DNA of 64,000 nucleotides from Candidatus Thorarchaeota archaeon (lineage in GTDB: Archaea; Asgardarchaeota; Thorarchaeia; Thorarchaeales; Thorarchaeaceae), in contig JBHLQH010000006.1 of NCBI GenBank assembly GCA_048884965.1, positions 32,001 to 96,000 on the forward strand, in the 5' to 3' direction. The notes below the pieces were generated by a model. It had not been told where the DNA came from. It worked only from the letters and a program-made list of their open reading frames with translations, and searched no databases. Shown here in pieces: positions 45,034-54,437 of this stretch. Position 1 is the first letter of the stretch, and every line of letters starts with the position of its first letter. The position numbers and the translations under genes were made by a program.

Positions 45034-47631
45034 CTATTCTCTCTTCTTTGCTTCATCTTGAAGTTCTTTCAAGCGAACTAGTGCGTCAATTGGAGTTAAT
45101 CTATCCAAATCCATGTGTCGAATCAACTCAACAATGGGGTCATCAAGTGTGAGTGCTTCAAGACTTGTCTGGACCTTTTCACCATCCGACTCCGAATAGT
45201 CAAGGGTTACGGAATTCTCCTGCTCCAGCTTGAGTAGCATCTCTTTGGCTCGATTGACGACTTGCTCAGGTACTCCAGCAAGAGCAGCTACATGGACACC
45301 ATAACTCCTGTCTGTTCCTCCGTCGACGACCTTATGAAGGAACACAATAGTATCGCCTGTTTCTCTTGCAAGAGTATGAACGTTCTTCACTCCATGGTAC
45401 ATCTTAGCCATATCGGTAAGATGATGGAAGTGTGTCGCAAAGAGGGCACGTGATTTCATCTGAACGATCCTCTCAGCTACAGCCCACGCAAGTGCCATGC
45501 CATCAAACGTTGAGGTTCCTCGTCCAATCTCATCCAAGATCACAAGGCTCCTATTCGTAGCATTGTTCAGGATGTTCGCTGTTTCTATCATCTCAACCAT
45601 GAAAGTGCTTTGTCTTGCCGTCAGGTCGTCGAATGCTCCAACACGCGTGAAAATCCTATCAACTATTCCAATCTCTGCATTCTTTGCAGGAACGAAGGAT
45701 CCCATCTGTGCCATAAGAACGATGAGTGCAGCTTGACGCATGTACGTACTCTTGCCTGCCATATTGGGTCCTGTCACGATGATGAGTGTAGAGCCCCCAT
45801 CGCCTATCTCAAGACTATTAGGGACAAACTCATTGGGTCCCAATATCATCTCAAGTGAAGGATGACGTCCGTCGACGATCTTTATTCTAGTGCTCTCAGT
45901 CAGTCTTGGTCGAGTGTATTTCCTAGTTACAGCTACTTCGGCTAATGAGCAGAGAACATCAATGGTTGCGATAGCTGAGGAATTCGCACGTAGTTGATTG
46001 AGGTTTGCTTGGACTTGCTTTCTAATTCGTTCGAAGATTTCAAACTCCAGCTTGTTGATTCTGTCTTCCCCTGCCAGGACTGCAGCTTCTTTCTCCTTGA
46101 GCTCCGGAGTGATGAATCTTTCAGCGTTGGCTAGTGTTTGCTTTCGCTCGTAATCTTCAGGAACCAGATTGAGATTTGACTTTGTGATTTCAATATAATA
46201 CCCGAAGACCTTGTTGTATCCGACCTTCAATGACTTGATGCCTGTGCGTCGTCTCTCACGTGCCTGAAGTGAAGCAATCCACTTCTTATCATCACTAATT
46301 CCGCCCTTCAGAGCATCTAGCTCCTTCTCGTATCCTTCCTTGATCATTCCTCCATCACGCACAGAAACTGGAGGTTCATCTACAATTGCTTTCTGAAGAT
46401 TGTCAAGTAACACCTGAAGAGGGTCAATGATTCCCTCTGCTTCCTTCAGAATAATCGACTCACATATTGAAAGGGTCTTCTTGACTGATGGTAACCTCAG
46501 GAGTGCATTTCGAAGAGCGACAAGATCTCTTGCATTTCCTGAACCAAATACTATTCGACTGACTATTCTCTCAAGGTCTCCAAGGTTTTTCTGACCGTCT
46601 GAAAGATTTCTTCGCAACAAAGCCGTACGAGCTAGCTCCTCTACTCCATCAAGACGTTCCTCTATCTTTGATATATCCTGCAAAGGTTGAAGCATCCATT
46701 GCCTGAGTTTTCTTTTACCCATGGGTGTGACAGTCTTCGCCATAACCTCAAAGAGTGTCCCTCGTGTACTACCCTCCCGAGCATTTCTTACTAACTCGAG
46801 ATTTCTTTGTGTTGTCGAGTCGACTATCATGTGTGAAGCTGTAGAGTATGTGCTAAGACTCGTTATCGTCGTAACATTGCCTTTGTGCATTTCCTCAATG
46901 TAGGCTAGGATCGATCCCGCGGCACCAACAGCTACTCTCTTCTCCGAGAGTCCAAATCCTTCAAGTGTAGTCACTTTAAGCTCTTTCTTGATTTTGTCTT
47001 CTCCTGCTCGAGCAGAGAAATCAACATCTGATCTATAGGTGAGATGGGCTCCACAAGTTTCTAGATCCTTAACAACTCCACTTTTCTTTCGAAGAGAATC
47101 AGGGATGATTATCTCTGAGGGCTTTAGTCTCGCAATCTCGTTGAGAACGTCATCGTCATTCAGCCTTCCAGCAATCTCAGTAGCCATGAATTCTCCTGTT
47201 GATACATCGACAGCAGCAATCCCGACTACATCTTCATGTTCGACAAGAGCCACCAGATAATTGTTGGAAGTATCCTCGAGCATATTTGATTCAAGGATAG
47301 TTCCTGGTGTAATCACTCGGACGACATCACGCCTGACGAGCCCCTTTGCCTGCGAAGCATCCTCTACTTGATCTGCTAATGCAACATTGTATCCCGCTTG
47401 AAGGAGCTTTGCGATGTATCCATCAACTGCATGATGCGGGACTCCACACATTGGCCATCTATCTATTCCCTCTCCGCGCGATGTCAATATGATATCTAAA
47501 GCCTCACTTGCCTTCTTTGCATCCTCATTGAACATCTCAAAGAAGTCACCAAGTCTGAACATCAGAATGCATTCTGGATATTGCCTCTTCAATTCCAAGT
47601 ACTGGCGTTGCATAGGAGTCTGTTTCTTCAT
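45034..47631 (-). CDS. mutS: DNA mismatch repair protein MutS1
   Basis: TPMQRQY, FRLGDFFEMF, TGPNMAGKSTY, STFMVEM, DEIGRGTS and SYG motifs. Confidence 0.97.
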   Translation of the reverse strand: MKKQTPMQRQYLELKRQYPECILMFRLGDFFEMFNEDAKKASEALDIILTSRGEGIDRWPMCGVPHHAVDGYIAKLLQAGYNVALADQVEDASQAKGLVRRDVVRVITPGTILESNMLEDTSNNYLVALVEHEDVVGIAAVDVSTGEFMATEIAGRLNDDDVLNEIARLKPSEIIIPDSLRKKSGVVKDLETCGAHLTYRSDVDFSARAGEDKIKKELKVTTLEGFGLSEKRVAVGAAGSILAYIEEMHKGNVTTITSLSTYSTASHMIVDSTTQRNLELVRNAREGSTRGTLFEVMAKTVTPMGKRKLRQWMLQPLQDISKIEERLDGVEELARTALLRRNLSDGQKNLGDLERIVSRIVFGSGNARDLVALRNALLRLPSVKKTLSICESIILKEAEGIIDPLQVLLDNLQKAIVDEPPVSVRDGGMIKEGYEKELDALKGGISDDKKWIASLQARERRRTGIKSLKVGYNKVFGYYIEITKSNLNLVPEDYERKQTLANAERFITPELKEKEAAVLAGEDRINKLEFEIFERIRKQVQANLNQLRANSSAIATIDVLCSLAEVAVTRKYTRPRLTESTRIKIVDGRHPSLEMILGPNEFVPNSLEIGDGGSTLIIVTGPNMAGKSTYMRQAALIVLMAQMGSFVPAKNAEIGIVDRIFTRVGAFDDLTARQSTFMVEMIETANILNNATNRSLVILDEIGRGTSTFDGMALAWAVAERIVQMKSRALFATHFHHLTDMAKMYHGVKNVHTLARETGDTIVFLHKVVDGGTDRSYGVHVAALAGVPEQVVNRAKEMLLKLEQENSVTLDYSESDGEKVQTSLEALTLDDPIVELIRHMDLDRLTPIDALVRLKELQDEAKKRE

Positions 47632-47728
47632 GCTTCTCCCTACACATATCTCTGGACTAGGTGACCCTAATAATCGATTCGCCATTTATGCCTGATGGGC
47701 TGTCATTCAATATGGTCTAGGAATCGGA

Positions 47729-48604
47729 CTACATACCTCTAACTGGCCACATATTGTCCCAGAAATCCTTGGGAGGATGCCCAAGATCATAATCGATTCG
47801 TGTATCATGCAGCACCCTTGAGCAGTAGGGGTCTCCATTAGCAATAGTATGCTCCATCGTCAGCACAATGCTGTCATGATAGTTCCTTGCTGCCTCATAA
47901 TCTCCGTAGCAACACACATAGTACTTGATTTCTGAGTCAGGTAAATCTTCAAGAGAATCGACCCACAGACAATTATCATTTCGATAGGCGTATTTGCCAT
48001 CTGCGATCATACCCTTAATCACAACCCAGTCTGAAGGTTCCTCCTCTGGAGTCATACGCTCCTGGAGAAGAGTTTCAAGATCAACAAAGGGAGGCTCTCG
48101 AGGTGTACGATTATCAATAATATACTGGGTGACGAATCGTTTCCAGAGTTTTATTGCTTCCTTACGCCCCATTATATTGATTAGTGATAGTAAGCTATAG
48201 TAACGTGGATGCAGGAAAGCTTGATGGTAATTCCGGTTAGGAACTTCCATTACAGTATCCCATGACATATCACTTTGTATATTTAGAGTTTGTAGATAGT
48301 AATTCGTGGCGTTCTTCAGCAATGAAGGATATTCTCTTAGATTCTTGGTCATCTTCTCCAATTCACCAAAATCAATGTCTTTTTCTGAGGTCTGATCTGT
48401 ATTCAATAATGCCTGATACTGCGCATCAAGTTCCTCAACGAAGGCAATCAGATAGTCTGGATGATTCTCTAAAAATCCAAGTAGGTAATCCAATCTAGAA
48501 AGAAGAAATTGACGGGCTTGCATTTTCGGATTGATTTCGACAAGCTTGTTCAGAATGTCTTCCTTAAATTCGCCTGACCTATAGAATTTCACATTGTTCA
48601 CCAA
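47729..48604 (-). CDS. ATC-hydrolase-like (L-2-amino-thiazoline-4-carboxylate hydrolase family) protein
   Basis: C-terminal CLW...CYGDY...LTMEHTIANGDPYC pattern. Confidence 0.6.
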   Translation of the reverse strand: MVNNVKFYRSGEFKEDILNKLVEINPKMQARQFLLSRLDYLLGFLENHPDYLIAFVEELDAQYQALLNTDQTSEKDIDFGELEKMTKNLREYPSLLKNATNYYLQTLNIQSDMSWDTVMEVPNRNYHQAFLHPRYYSLLSLINIMGRKEAIKLWKRFVTQYIIDNRTPREPPFVDLETLLQERMTPEEEPSDWVVIKGMIADGKYAYRNDNCLWVDSLEDLPDSEIKYYVCCYGDYEAARNYHDSIVLTMEHTIANGDPYCSRVLHDTRIDYDLGHPPKDFWDNMWPVRGM

Positions 48605-48716
48605 ATCCCAATAGACTTTGCATGCCTCTGCTTTACTATAAGTCTTTCAACCAACGTAATCCTCAACTCCTCCTTTGCAGCAAAGATTGATATTCATTCA
48701 ATAGAGAACCAATGAT

Positions 48717-49268
48717 GTGGTTTGGATGAACTGGAGGTTCATACTAGTACTATCAATCTTTTCTGCATCCGTTGTGTTCCCTCTTCAAGTTACTCCTGAA
48801 ACTCAGTTTCTGAATGCATGGATCAACGAAGGGGAATACTACGACCGCTCACTGGGTTCATCAGCAGGTTTGAGAATGTTAGGCAACTTTACCGTGAATA
48901 AAGGTGAATACGTTGAATTCTTCATTTGTGATGACGGCAATCTTAGTGAGTGGCTAGATGGAAATCCCGTTCAAGTGCATGACTACCAAGAAGTCTATAG
49001 CTTCTATTCATTTGATTTTACAGTGCCATATGCTGACACGTGGCATCTGATATTCTCAAACGTGAATTTGACCTCAACAGGTCAGCGACAGATTACTGGA
49101 TATCTTACTATAGAGATTCCCTCATATTCTCTTCCCAGCAGCATGATTGATGAGATCAATAGAATTACCTTGATGTATTATGCATTCATTGTCATAGGAA
49201 TCTCAGTTGCAATTATTGCAGCTGTCTTTGTGTTTAGAAATCGTGAGAAAATGATGGGAAATATGTGA
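48717..49268 (+). CDS. Type I membrane protein with GOLD/p24-like beta-sandwich
   Basis: Signal peptide, GNFTV..VEFFI..F.FTVP...WHLIFSN, single C-terminal TM and short tail. Confidence 0.55.
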   Translation: MVWMNWRFILVLSIFSASVVFPLQVTPETQFLNAWINEGEYYDRSLGSSAGLRMLGNFTVNKGEYVEFFICDDGNLSEWLDGNPVQVHDYQEVYSFYSFDFTVPYADTWHLIFSNVNLTSTGQRQITGYLTIEIPSYSLPSSMIDEINRITLMYYAFIVIGISVAIIAAVFVFRNREKMMGNM

Positions 49269-49338
49269 AAAGAAAGGTATTTGATTAATATCTATTTGTA
49301 GACTAGCTATCTCTTTACAACTTGGTGTTGGCTCCATA

Positions 49339-50532
49339 GTGCAAGCGAAATATGATGTAGTAGTTGTCGGTGCAGGTCCAGCAGGCAGTGTTGCCGCTCA
49401 GAAGGTGGCATCAAGTGGATACAAGACCCTGCTTCTTGATCGCCGCCGAGAAATTGGTGTACCTGTCCAATGTGGAGAATATCTACCTTCGATTCGAGAG
49501 ATGCATGAGATGTTCCCAAAATGCGAGCGGCTACAGAAGTTAGGAAGGATTCCTCGGAGCGTTGTAACAAACAAGACAACTGAGATGCGCCTTTATTCTC
49601 CAAGACTCCATGAGTACGTTTTTCCTCTCGAATCTCGTGTCATTGACCGTGCTCTATTTGACAAGCATCTCGCTACCAAGGCACAAGATGCAGGAGCATA
49701 TCTGAGCACAAACTCGAGGGTGTTAGAGAAGTTCCGTAAAAATAGACTCAAGGTTCGAACCTCAAAAGGAATCGAAGAGGTATCGGGGAAGGTAATCATC
49801 GGTGCCGATGGTCCTCGTTCTACCATCGCACAGTATCTTGGATTTTCCTACAGAAATACGATGAAGGATATCAGTCAATCACTACAATATGTGATTGGAG
49901 ATATTCCTATTGCAATGAAGGAGCCTATGATGTTCTTTGGACATAAGGTAGCGCCTGGTGGTTATGCATGGATCATTCCAAAGACTGATCGTGTTGTCAA
50001 TGTTGGCTTTGGCCTTCGAAACTCCTTCATGCGCCCAGGTACTACTCTGGTGTCATACCTTGACAATCTCATCAGCAATAAGGGGATATTTGGAGGAGCA
50101 TTGAAAGAAGGAAGGATTTTGTCTAGAGTCGGAGCAAGTATCCCAGTAGGTGGTCCTTTGAAACGGACCTACAATGAGAATACCATTTTGATTGGCGATG
50201 CAGCAGGGCATGTCATGGCGTCTAATGGTGGCGGTATCCCTACAGCTCTTGCAGGCGGCTCAATTGCAGGAGAAATAGTGGCTCAACATCTCGAGAATGG
50301 CCTAAGTCTTTCAGCATACGAAACACTCTGGAAACGCGAGTTTGGCACTCAACTATACTCAGCGCTTGCAACTCTGCGGATAGCAGATGTGATGATGAGG
50401 GATGACACTCTGACAGAGATTGCCATGCGTATTTCTGGAGCAAGATTTCTTGAGGATGTCATAAAATGCAGGGTTCCATCGCCGCTATCTTTTGGAACTC
50501 CTTTGTTAGCGTCACTGATGCAGCTGCTTTGA
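49339..50532 (+). CDS. Geranylgeranyl reductase family FAD oxidoreductase
   Basis: VVGAGPAG, PVQCGE, IDRALFD, GADG, GYAWIIP and GDAAG..GGGI motifs. Confidence 0.9.
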   Translation: MQAKYDVVVVGAGPAGSVAAQKVASSGYKTLLLDRRREIGVPVQCGEYLPSIREMHEMFPKCERLQKLGRIPRSVVTNKTTEMRLYSPRLHEYVFPLESRVIDRALFDKHLATKAQDAGAYLSTNSRVLEKFRKNRLKVRTSKGIEEVSGKVIIGADGPRSTIAQYLGFSYRNTMKDISQSLQYVIGDIPIAMKEPMMFFGHKVAPGGYAWIIPKTDRVVNVGFGLRNSFMRPGTTLVSYLDNLISNKGIFGGALKEGRILSRVGASIPVGGPLKRTYNENTILIGDAAGHVMASNGGGIPTALAGGSIAGEIVAQHLENGLSLSAYETLWKREFGTQLYSALATLRIADVMMRDDTLTEIAMRISGARFLEDVIKCRVPSPLSFGTPLLASLMQLL

Positions 50533-50608
50533 ATTCATGCAAGTTAGTCCTATATAGGGATAGGCGGCATAGTACAACTGGACCGATGCAGAAGACTTTG
50601 AATGCGAG

Positions 50609-51730
50609 ATGCCAGAAATGAGCTATTCCTCCAAATTCCTAGAAAGCGGCGATGCAGCCCGTGATTTATTGCTTGAAGCAGGATATGCAAGTGCTGCAGC
50701 CATTGAAGCTGTAACAAAACTAAGTGAGCTATGTATCTATGTTAGTTTGGTGGCAACGGTTGCCGCTGAACATGAAAAAGGTACTCCCTTGCCTGCACAC
50801 TTTGAGTCAGAGGTACATGTCAACCCAATCAAGTTGCGAGGGTCATCAACCATTAATCTAGTTGAAGAACTTGAGAATAGAAATGTACTCGTTCCCCGAG
50901 GGAACAAATATCGGGTGATGCTTAGCAACATGATGAATCGTGTATTCTCTCTAACAGCTAATAATGGACCTGATTCTATAAGAGTCGTTATTTCCAACCT
51001 TCATGATGTTGCAAAGTTTTCCAATGCTTTGGAAACCATCGAGTGGGAGCTTGTCACAGCTATCCATGAAAATGTGGATGTTAAGTATCTAGACATCCCT
51101 TCACTTGAGGCGAACAAGGTCCCAAAGGATCTTCTTGACAATGTGCAATCCATAAATGAGCTTGCTAGGCTGATGAGCGAAAATGAGATTGACTTGAATG
51201 AGTCTTCTGATTACCTCATCAAACATATGACGAAGGGACCTCAGGGATCAACAAATATGGAGATTCTTGAAAGATATCTCACCTCTATTCATACCCTCTC
51301 AAATCAGATCGAGATAGAAGGAAAGGAGAGATGGAAGATTATCCAAGGGGCGACCAAGTATCCAGTGTCGATTCTCAATAGAAGCGGGCCGCCTCTAATT
51401 AAGAGCTCTTGGCATCTAAAACCCGATTTCAGAAATCATCCTCTCATTGAGAAATTTAAGAATCTAATGAATACCAACCTTGAATTCATTATTGGAATCA
51501 TCACTATGTATGATGGATTCATTTCGGATGTGACAGAAAATGTATCTAGACTTCCTCGTGGTACAAGCTTAGTCGATGCCCTGAGAGAAAAGAATCCTGC
51601 ACTTCCCACATCTGGTGATATGGATGAGTGGTGGACTTGCATAGGTAAGCAATCGCTTGGATTGAAAGCTCAGCTAAAGCTACTGAGCAACTTGATTACA
51701 AATGTGGATTCACTTTTCCAGAATGCGTGA
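50609..51730 (+). CDS. Hypothetical soluble protein
   Basis: 373-aa ORF. No motif recognised. Confidence 0.7.
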   Translation: MPEMSYSSKFLESGDAARDLLLEAGYASAAAIEAVTKLSELCIYVSLVATVAAEHEKGTPLPAHFESEVHVNPIKLRGSSTINLVEELENRNVLVPRGNKYRVMLSNMMNRVFSLTANNGPDSIRVVISNLHDVAKFSNALETIEWELVTAIHENVDVKYLDIPSLEANKVPKDLLDNVQSINELARLMSENEIDLNESSDYLIKHMTKGPQGSTNMEILERYLTSIHTLSNQIEIEGKERWKIIQGATKYPVSILNRSGPPLIKSSWHLKPDFRNHPLIEKFKNLMNTNLEFIIGIITMYDGFISDVTENVSRLPRGTSLVDALREKNPALPTSGDMDEWWTCIGKQSLGLKAQLKLLSNLITNVDSLFQNA

Positions 51731-52798
51731 TCAATGAAGTCGCTGAAGCACGAAGTCCGCGATTCTTTCAAGCAATGTTGCAGTTACAAAGTATTGACCT
51801 ACCAACGCGCTCTTTGCCTTGGTCACATACTCCTTTGTTAATTCAATTGCCGTTGATATCGCGTCTGTCTGCTTGATGAGGATAAGCGCTTCAGAAACAT
51901 CTCCTTCAGACAGTGCCTGCAAGCAACTCTCTCTTTCTTTCATTGAAGAGGCTTCAAGAGCATGTACCAGAGGATATGTACACCTCTTCGACAACAGATC
52001 ACTATGGACTGCTTTGCCTGCAATCTCAGTCGAGGAAATGATATTCAAGATATCATCTCGGATCTGAAAGGCAAAGCCCAAGTTCTCGCCAAATATCCCT
52101 AACAGCTTAATTTGATCGTCAGTCCCTTCGCCTATTGTAGCTCCCATAGTTGCAGCAGCTTTGATGAAAGACACAGTCTTTTTGTTTACCATATCGAGAT
52201 AGTTATCCTTGGTCATCACTTCTGGATTGTCTGCTTGCATGAGCATGTCAGCAGCTTCGCCCTCACACATGCGAATACCTCCTTCTGCTATCTGTACCAT
52301 AAGGTCCGCAGTCGCATATTTTCCAATCATCTTCACCGCTTGTGCGACAAGTAGGTCTCCAGCTAGTATTGCCATTTTGTGACCGAACTTCTCATGAGCG
52401 GATTCCACACCTCGTCTTAACGCATCTTCATCTATCACATCATCATGAATTAGGCTTGCAGTCTGTGCGAATTCTGTCGCAACTGCGTATGGAAGGGCTT
52501 TTTCAATATCTCCTCCAACGGCCTCGCAACAAAGGACTACTAAGAGTGATCGTAGTCTCTTACCTCCTGCCTTCAGAAGATGCTTTGCAGTATCATAAAG
52601 AATCTTTGGCTCTCCATCAGTTCCAAGGTATGATTCAATTTCTTGATTGATTCTCTCAAGTCTTCTTTTCACTTTCTCATCCTGAAGTAGGTCGTTAAGA
52701 AAAGTCACTTCCCCATTCTGAATTGTGCTTTCTGGGAATAGACCATATGTATCTGCATCAGCGATAGCGTCTTTCTCGTTCAACACTTCATCCTTCAA
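51731..52798 (-). CDS. trans-polyprenyl diphosphate synthase (probably long-chain)
   Basis: GGKRLR, FARM ASLIHDDVIDED..RRG, GD, KT, SARM FQIRDD. Ala at position -5 of FARM. Confidence 0.92.
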   Translation of the reverse strand: MKDEVLNEKDAIADADTYGLFPESTIQNGEVTFLNDLLQDEKVKRRLERINQEIESYLGTDGEPKILYDTAKHLLKAGGKRLRSLLVVLCCEAVGGDIEKALPYAVATEFAQTASLIHDDVIDEDALRRGVESAHEKFGHKMAILAGDLLVAQAVKMIGKYATADLMVQIAEGGIRMCEGEAADMLMQADNPEVMTKDNYLDMVNKKTVSFIKAAATMGATIGEGTDDQIKLLGIFGENLGFAFQIRDDILNIISSTEIAGKAVHSDLLSKRCTYPLVHALEASSMKERESCLQALSEGDVSEALILIKQTDAISTAIELTKEYVTKAKSALVGQYFVTATLLERIADFVLQRLH

Positions 52799-52929
52799 GA
52801 TGTTTGGTAATTCGGGAGATAGAGTATCCCCTATTAAGGAATTCTGAAACCAGAAATATTAGTTTTAGTTTCAGGAAGAGTTTTCTGTGAAACTGACTTT
52901 CGATTCCTATCGAAACAGGAGTCACGACG

Positions 52930-53964
52930 ATGAATAGTGAAGAGAGAGAAGTTAGCAAGCTCAAAGCGTATTTCTTGGAACTACGTGCACCTTTTCTTAC
53001 GGCATCAATTTCACCTGTGTTACTTGGGACGGCAATAGCTTGGGCATTGACAGGTATCTTTCTAATTGATGTGTTTCTCCTGACATTGATCGCAGGCGTA
53101 TGCCTTCACATTGGTGCAAATGTATCAAATGACTACTTCGATCACACCACAGATAATACGGGCTCAGACGACATTAACACGGAGTTCGTTCGGCCCTTTA
53201 CAGGTGGAAGCAGGATGATACAGTTGGGGTATCTCTCACCTAGGGAGGTCTTGATTGAAGCATTCGTTTTCTTCGGTATTGCAGGAGCTATTGGTGTCTA
53301 CCTTGCGTTTACACGAGGATTCCTGATTTTGGTTCTTGGAATCATAGGTGCTGGCTCCGGATTCTTCTATACCGCCCCACCTTTCAGATTTGTAAAGAGG
53401 GGTATTGGAGAAGTCTTCATAGGTCTGAATTTTGGAGTTCTCATGACTTTTGGTTCATACTATGTTCAGGCATTGGATATTGCTTTGGAACCCATTCTTG
53501 CATCGGTGCCCACTGCACTTCTTATTGCAGCTGTCCTGTATATCAATGAGTTTCCTGATTTTATTGCAGATCGGGACTCTGGCAAAAGAACCATTGTTGT
53601 AAGACTTGGACGGGCTAGGGCCGCTAAAGGATATGCATTGATCATCGCCATTACTTTTTCATGGATAGTTATTTGTGTGCTTATGCAACTTATTTCATAT
53701 GAGTCCCTTCTTGCTCTTACACTTCTACCCATTGGATATGTTGGGGTGCGTACTGCCCTAAAAGAATATGAAACGCCTAATCGGATGGTCCCAGCAAATG
53801 CTGCGACCGTGTTACTACACCTCTTGATAACGTTGTATCTCACGTCTGCATACATCTTGAAGGGATTCATGGTGGATTTTCTCATACTCATTGTTGCTGG
53901 AGTCATCATGCTACTAATCTGCTTCACCCAATACAGGACACTTATTCGCCCGCCTCCAGCTTAG
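52930..53964 (+). CDS. menA: MenA-like 1,4-dihydroxy-2-naphthoate polyprenyltransferase (UbiA superfamily)
   Basis: LRAPFL, NDYFD....GSD, GGSR, YTAPPF..K.RG.GE and INEFPD..AD..SGKRT motifs. Confidence 0.85.
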   Translation: MNSEEREVSKLKAYFLELRAPFLTASISPVLLGTAIAWALTGIFLIDVFLLTLIAGVCLHIGANVSNDYFDHTTDNTGSDDINTEFVRPFTGGSRMIQLGYLSPREVLIEAFVFFGIAGAIGVYLAFTRGFLILVLGIIGAGSGFFYTAPPFRFVKRGIGEVFIGLNFGVLMTFGSYYVQALDIALEPILASVPTALLIAAVLYINEFPDFIADRDSGKRTIVVRLGRARAAKGYALIIAITFSWIVICVLMQLISYESLLALTLLPIGYVGVRTALKEYETPNRMVPANAATVLLHLLITLYLTSAYILKGFMVDFLILIVAGVIMLLICFTQYRTLIRPPPA

Positions 53965-54430
53965 AGGACGACTTTTTTGGGCTCATCCATTTTTGAAACT
54001 TGATGCCTTTCCAATAGTGGATGATCTTTGGAACTACTTCAATGGCGACTCTTGAACCCATGGGAAATCCATATCCCAAAAAATCAAGATATTTGCTTAG
54101 ATATCTGTTTAATATAATATCTCCCATTTCGGGTATGCTAATCACCCTAGCCTTCCCTCTGAGAAGAACGCCTCTATTGCCTGCAGGAGAGTCAGGGTCT
54201 CTTTCATCAACGGTTATAGCTATGTTCGGGTTCGTCTTTATGTTCTTTAGCTTCTTGGTCTTCTCATTGGTGATAAGGTAGACCTTCTCTTCCTTCTCAT
54301 CCCAGAGATAGAACATGGTTGTGATATGCGGTTGACAACCTGGTTCTGCTGAAGAAAGATATGCGAAGAAGCCTTCATTCAAAATCCTATGTACTTCATC
54401 GGGGATATTGGGATGCAATGAATGACTCAT
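53942..54430 (-). CDS. Pyridoxamine 5'-phosphate oxidase-like (PPOX, flavin/F420-binding split barrel) protein
   Basis: PHITTMFY, TKKLKNIKTNPNIAITVD and GVLLRGKA motifs. Confidence 0.85.
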   Translation of the reverse strand: MSHSLHPNIPDEVHRILNEGFFAYLSSAEPGCQPHITTMFYLWDEKEEKVYLITNEKTKKLKNIKTNPNIAITVDERDPDSPAGNRGVLLRGKARVISIPEMGDIILNRYLSKYLDFLGYGFPMGSRVAIEVVPKIIHYWKGIKFQKWMSPKKSSSKLEAGE

Positions 54431-54437
54431 CTTTCTA

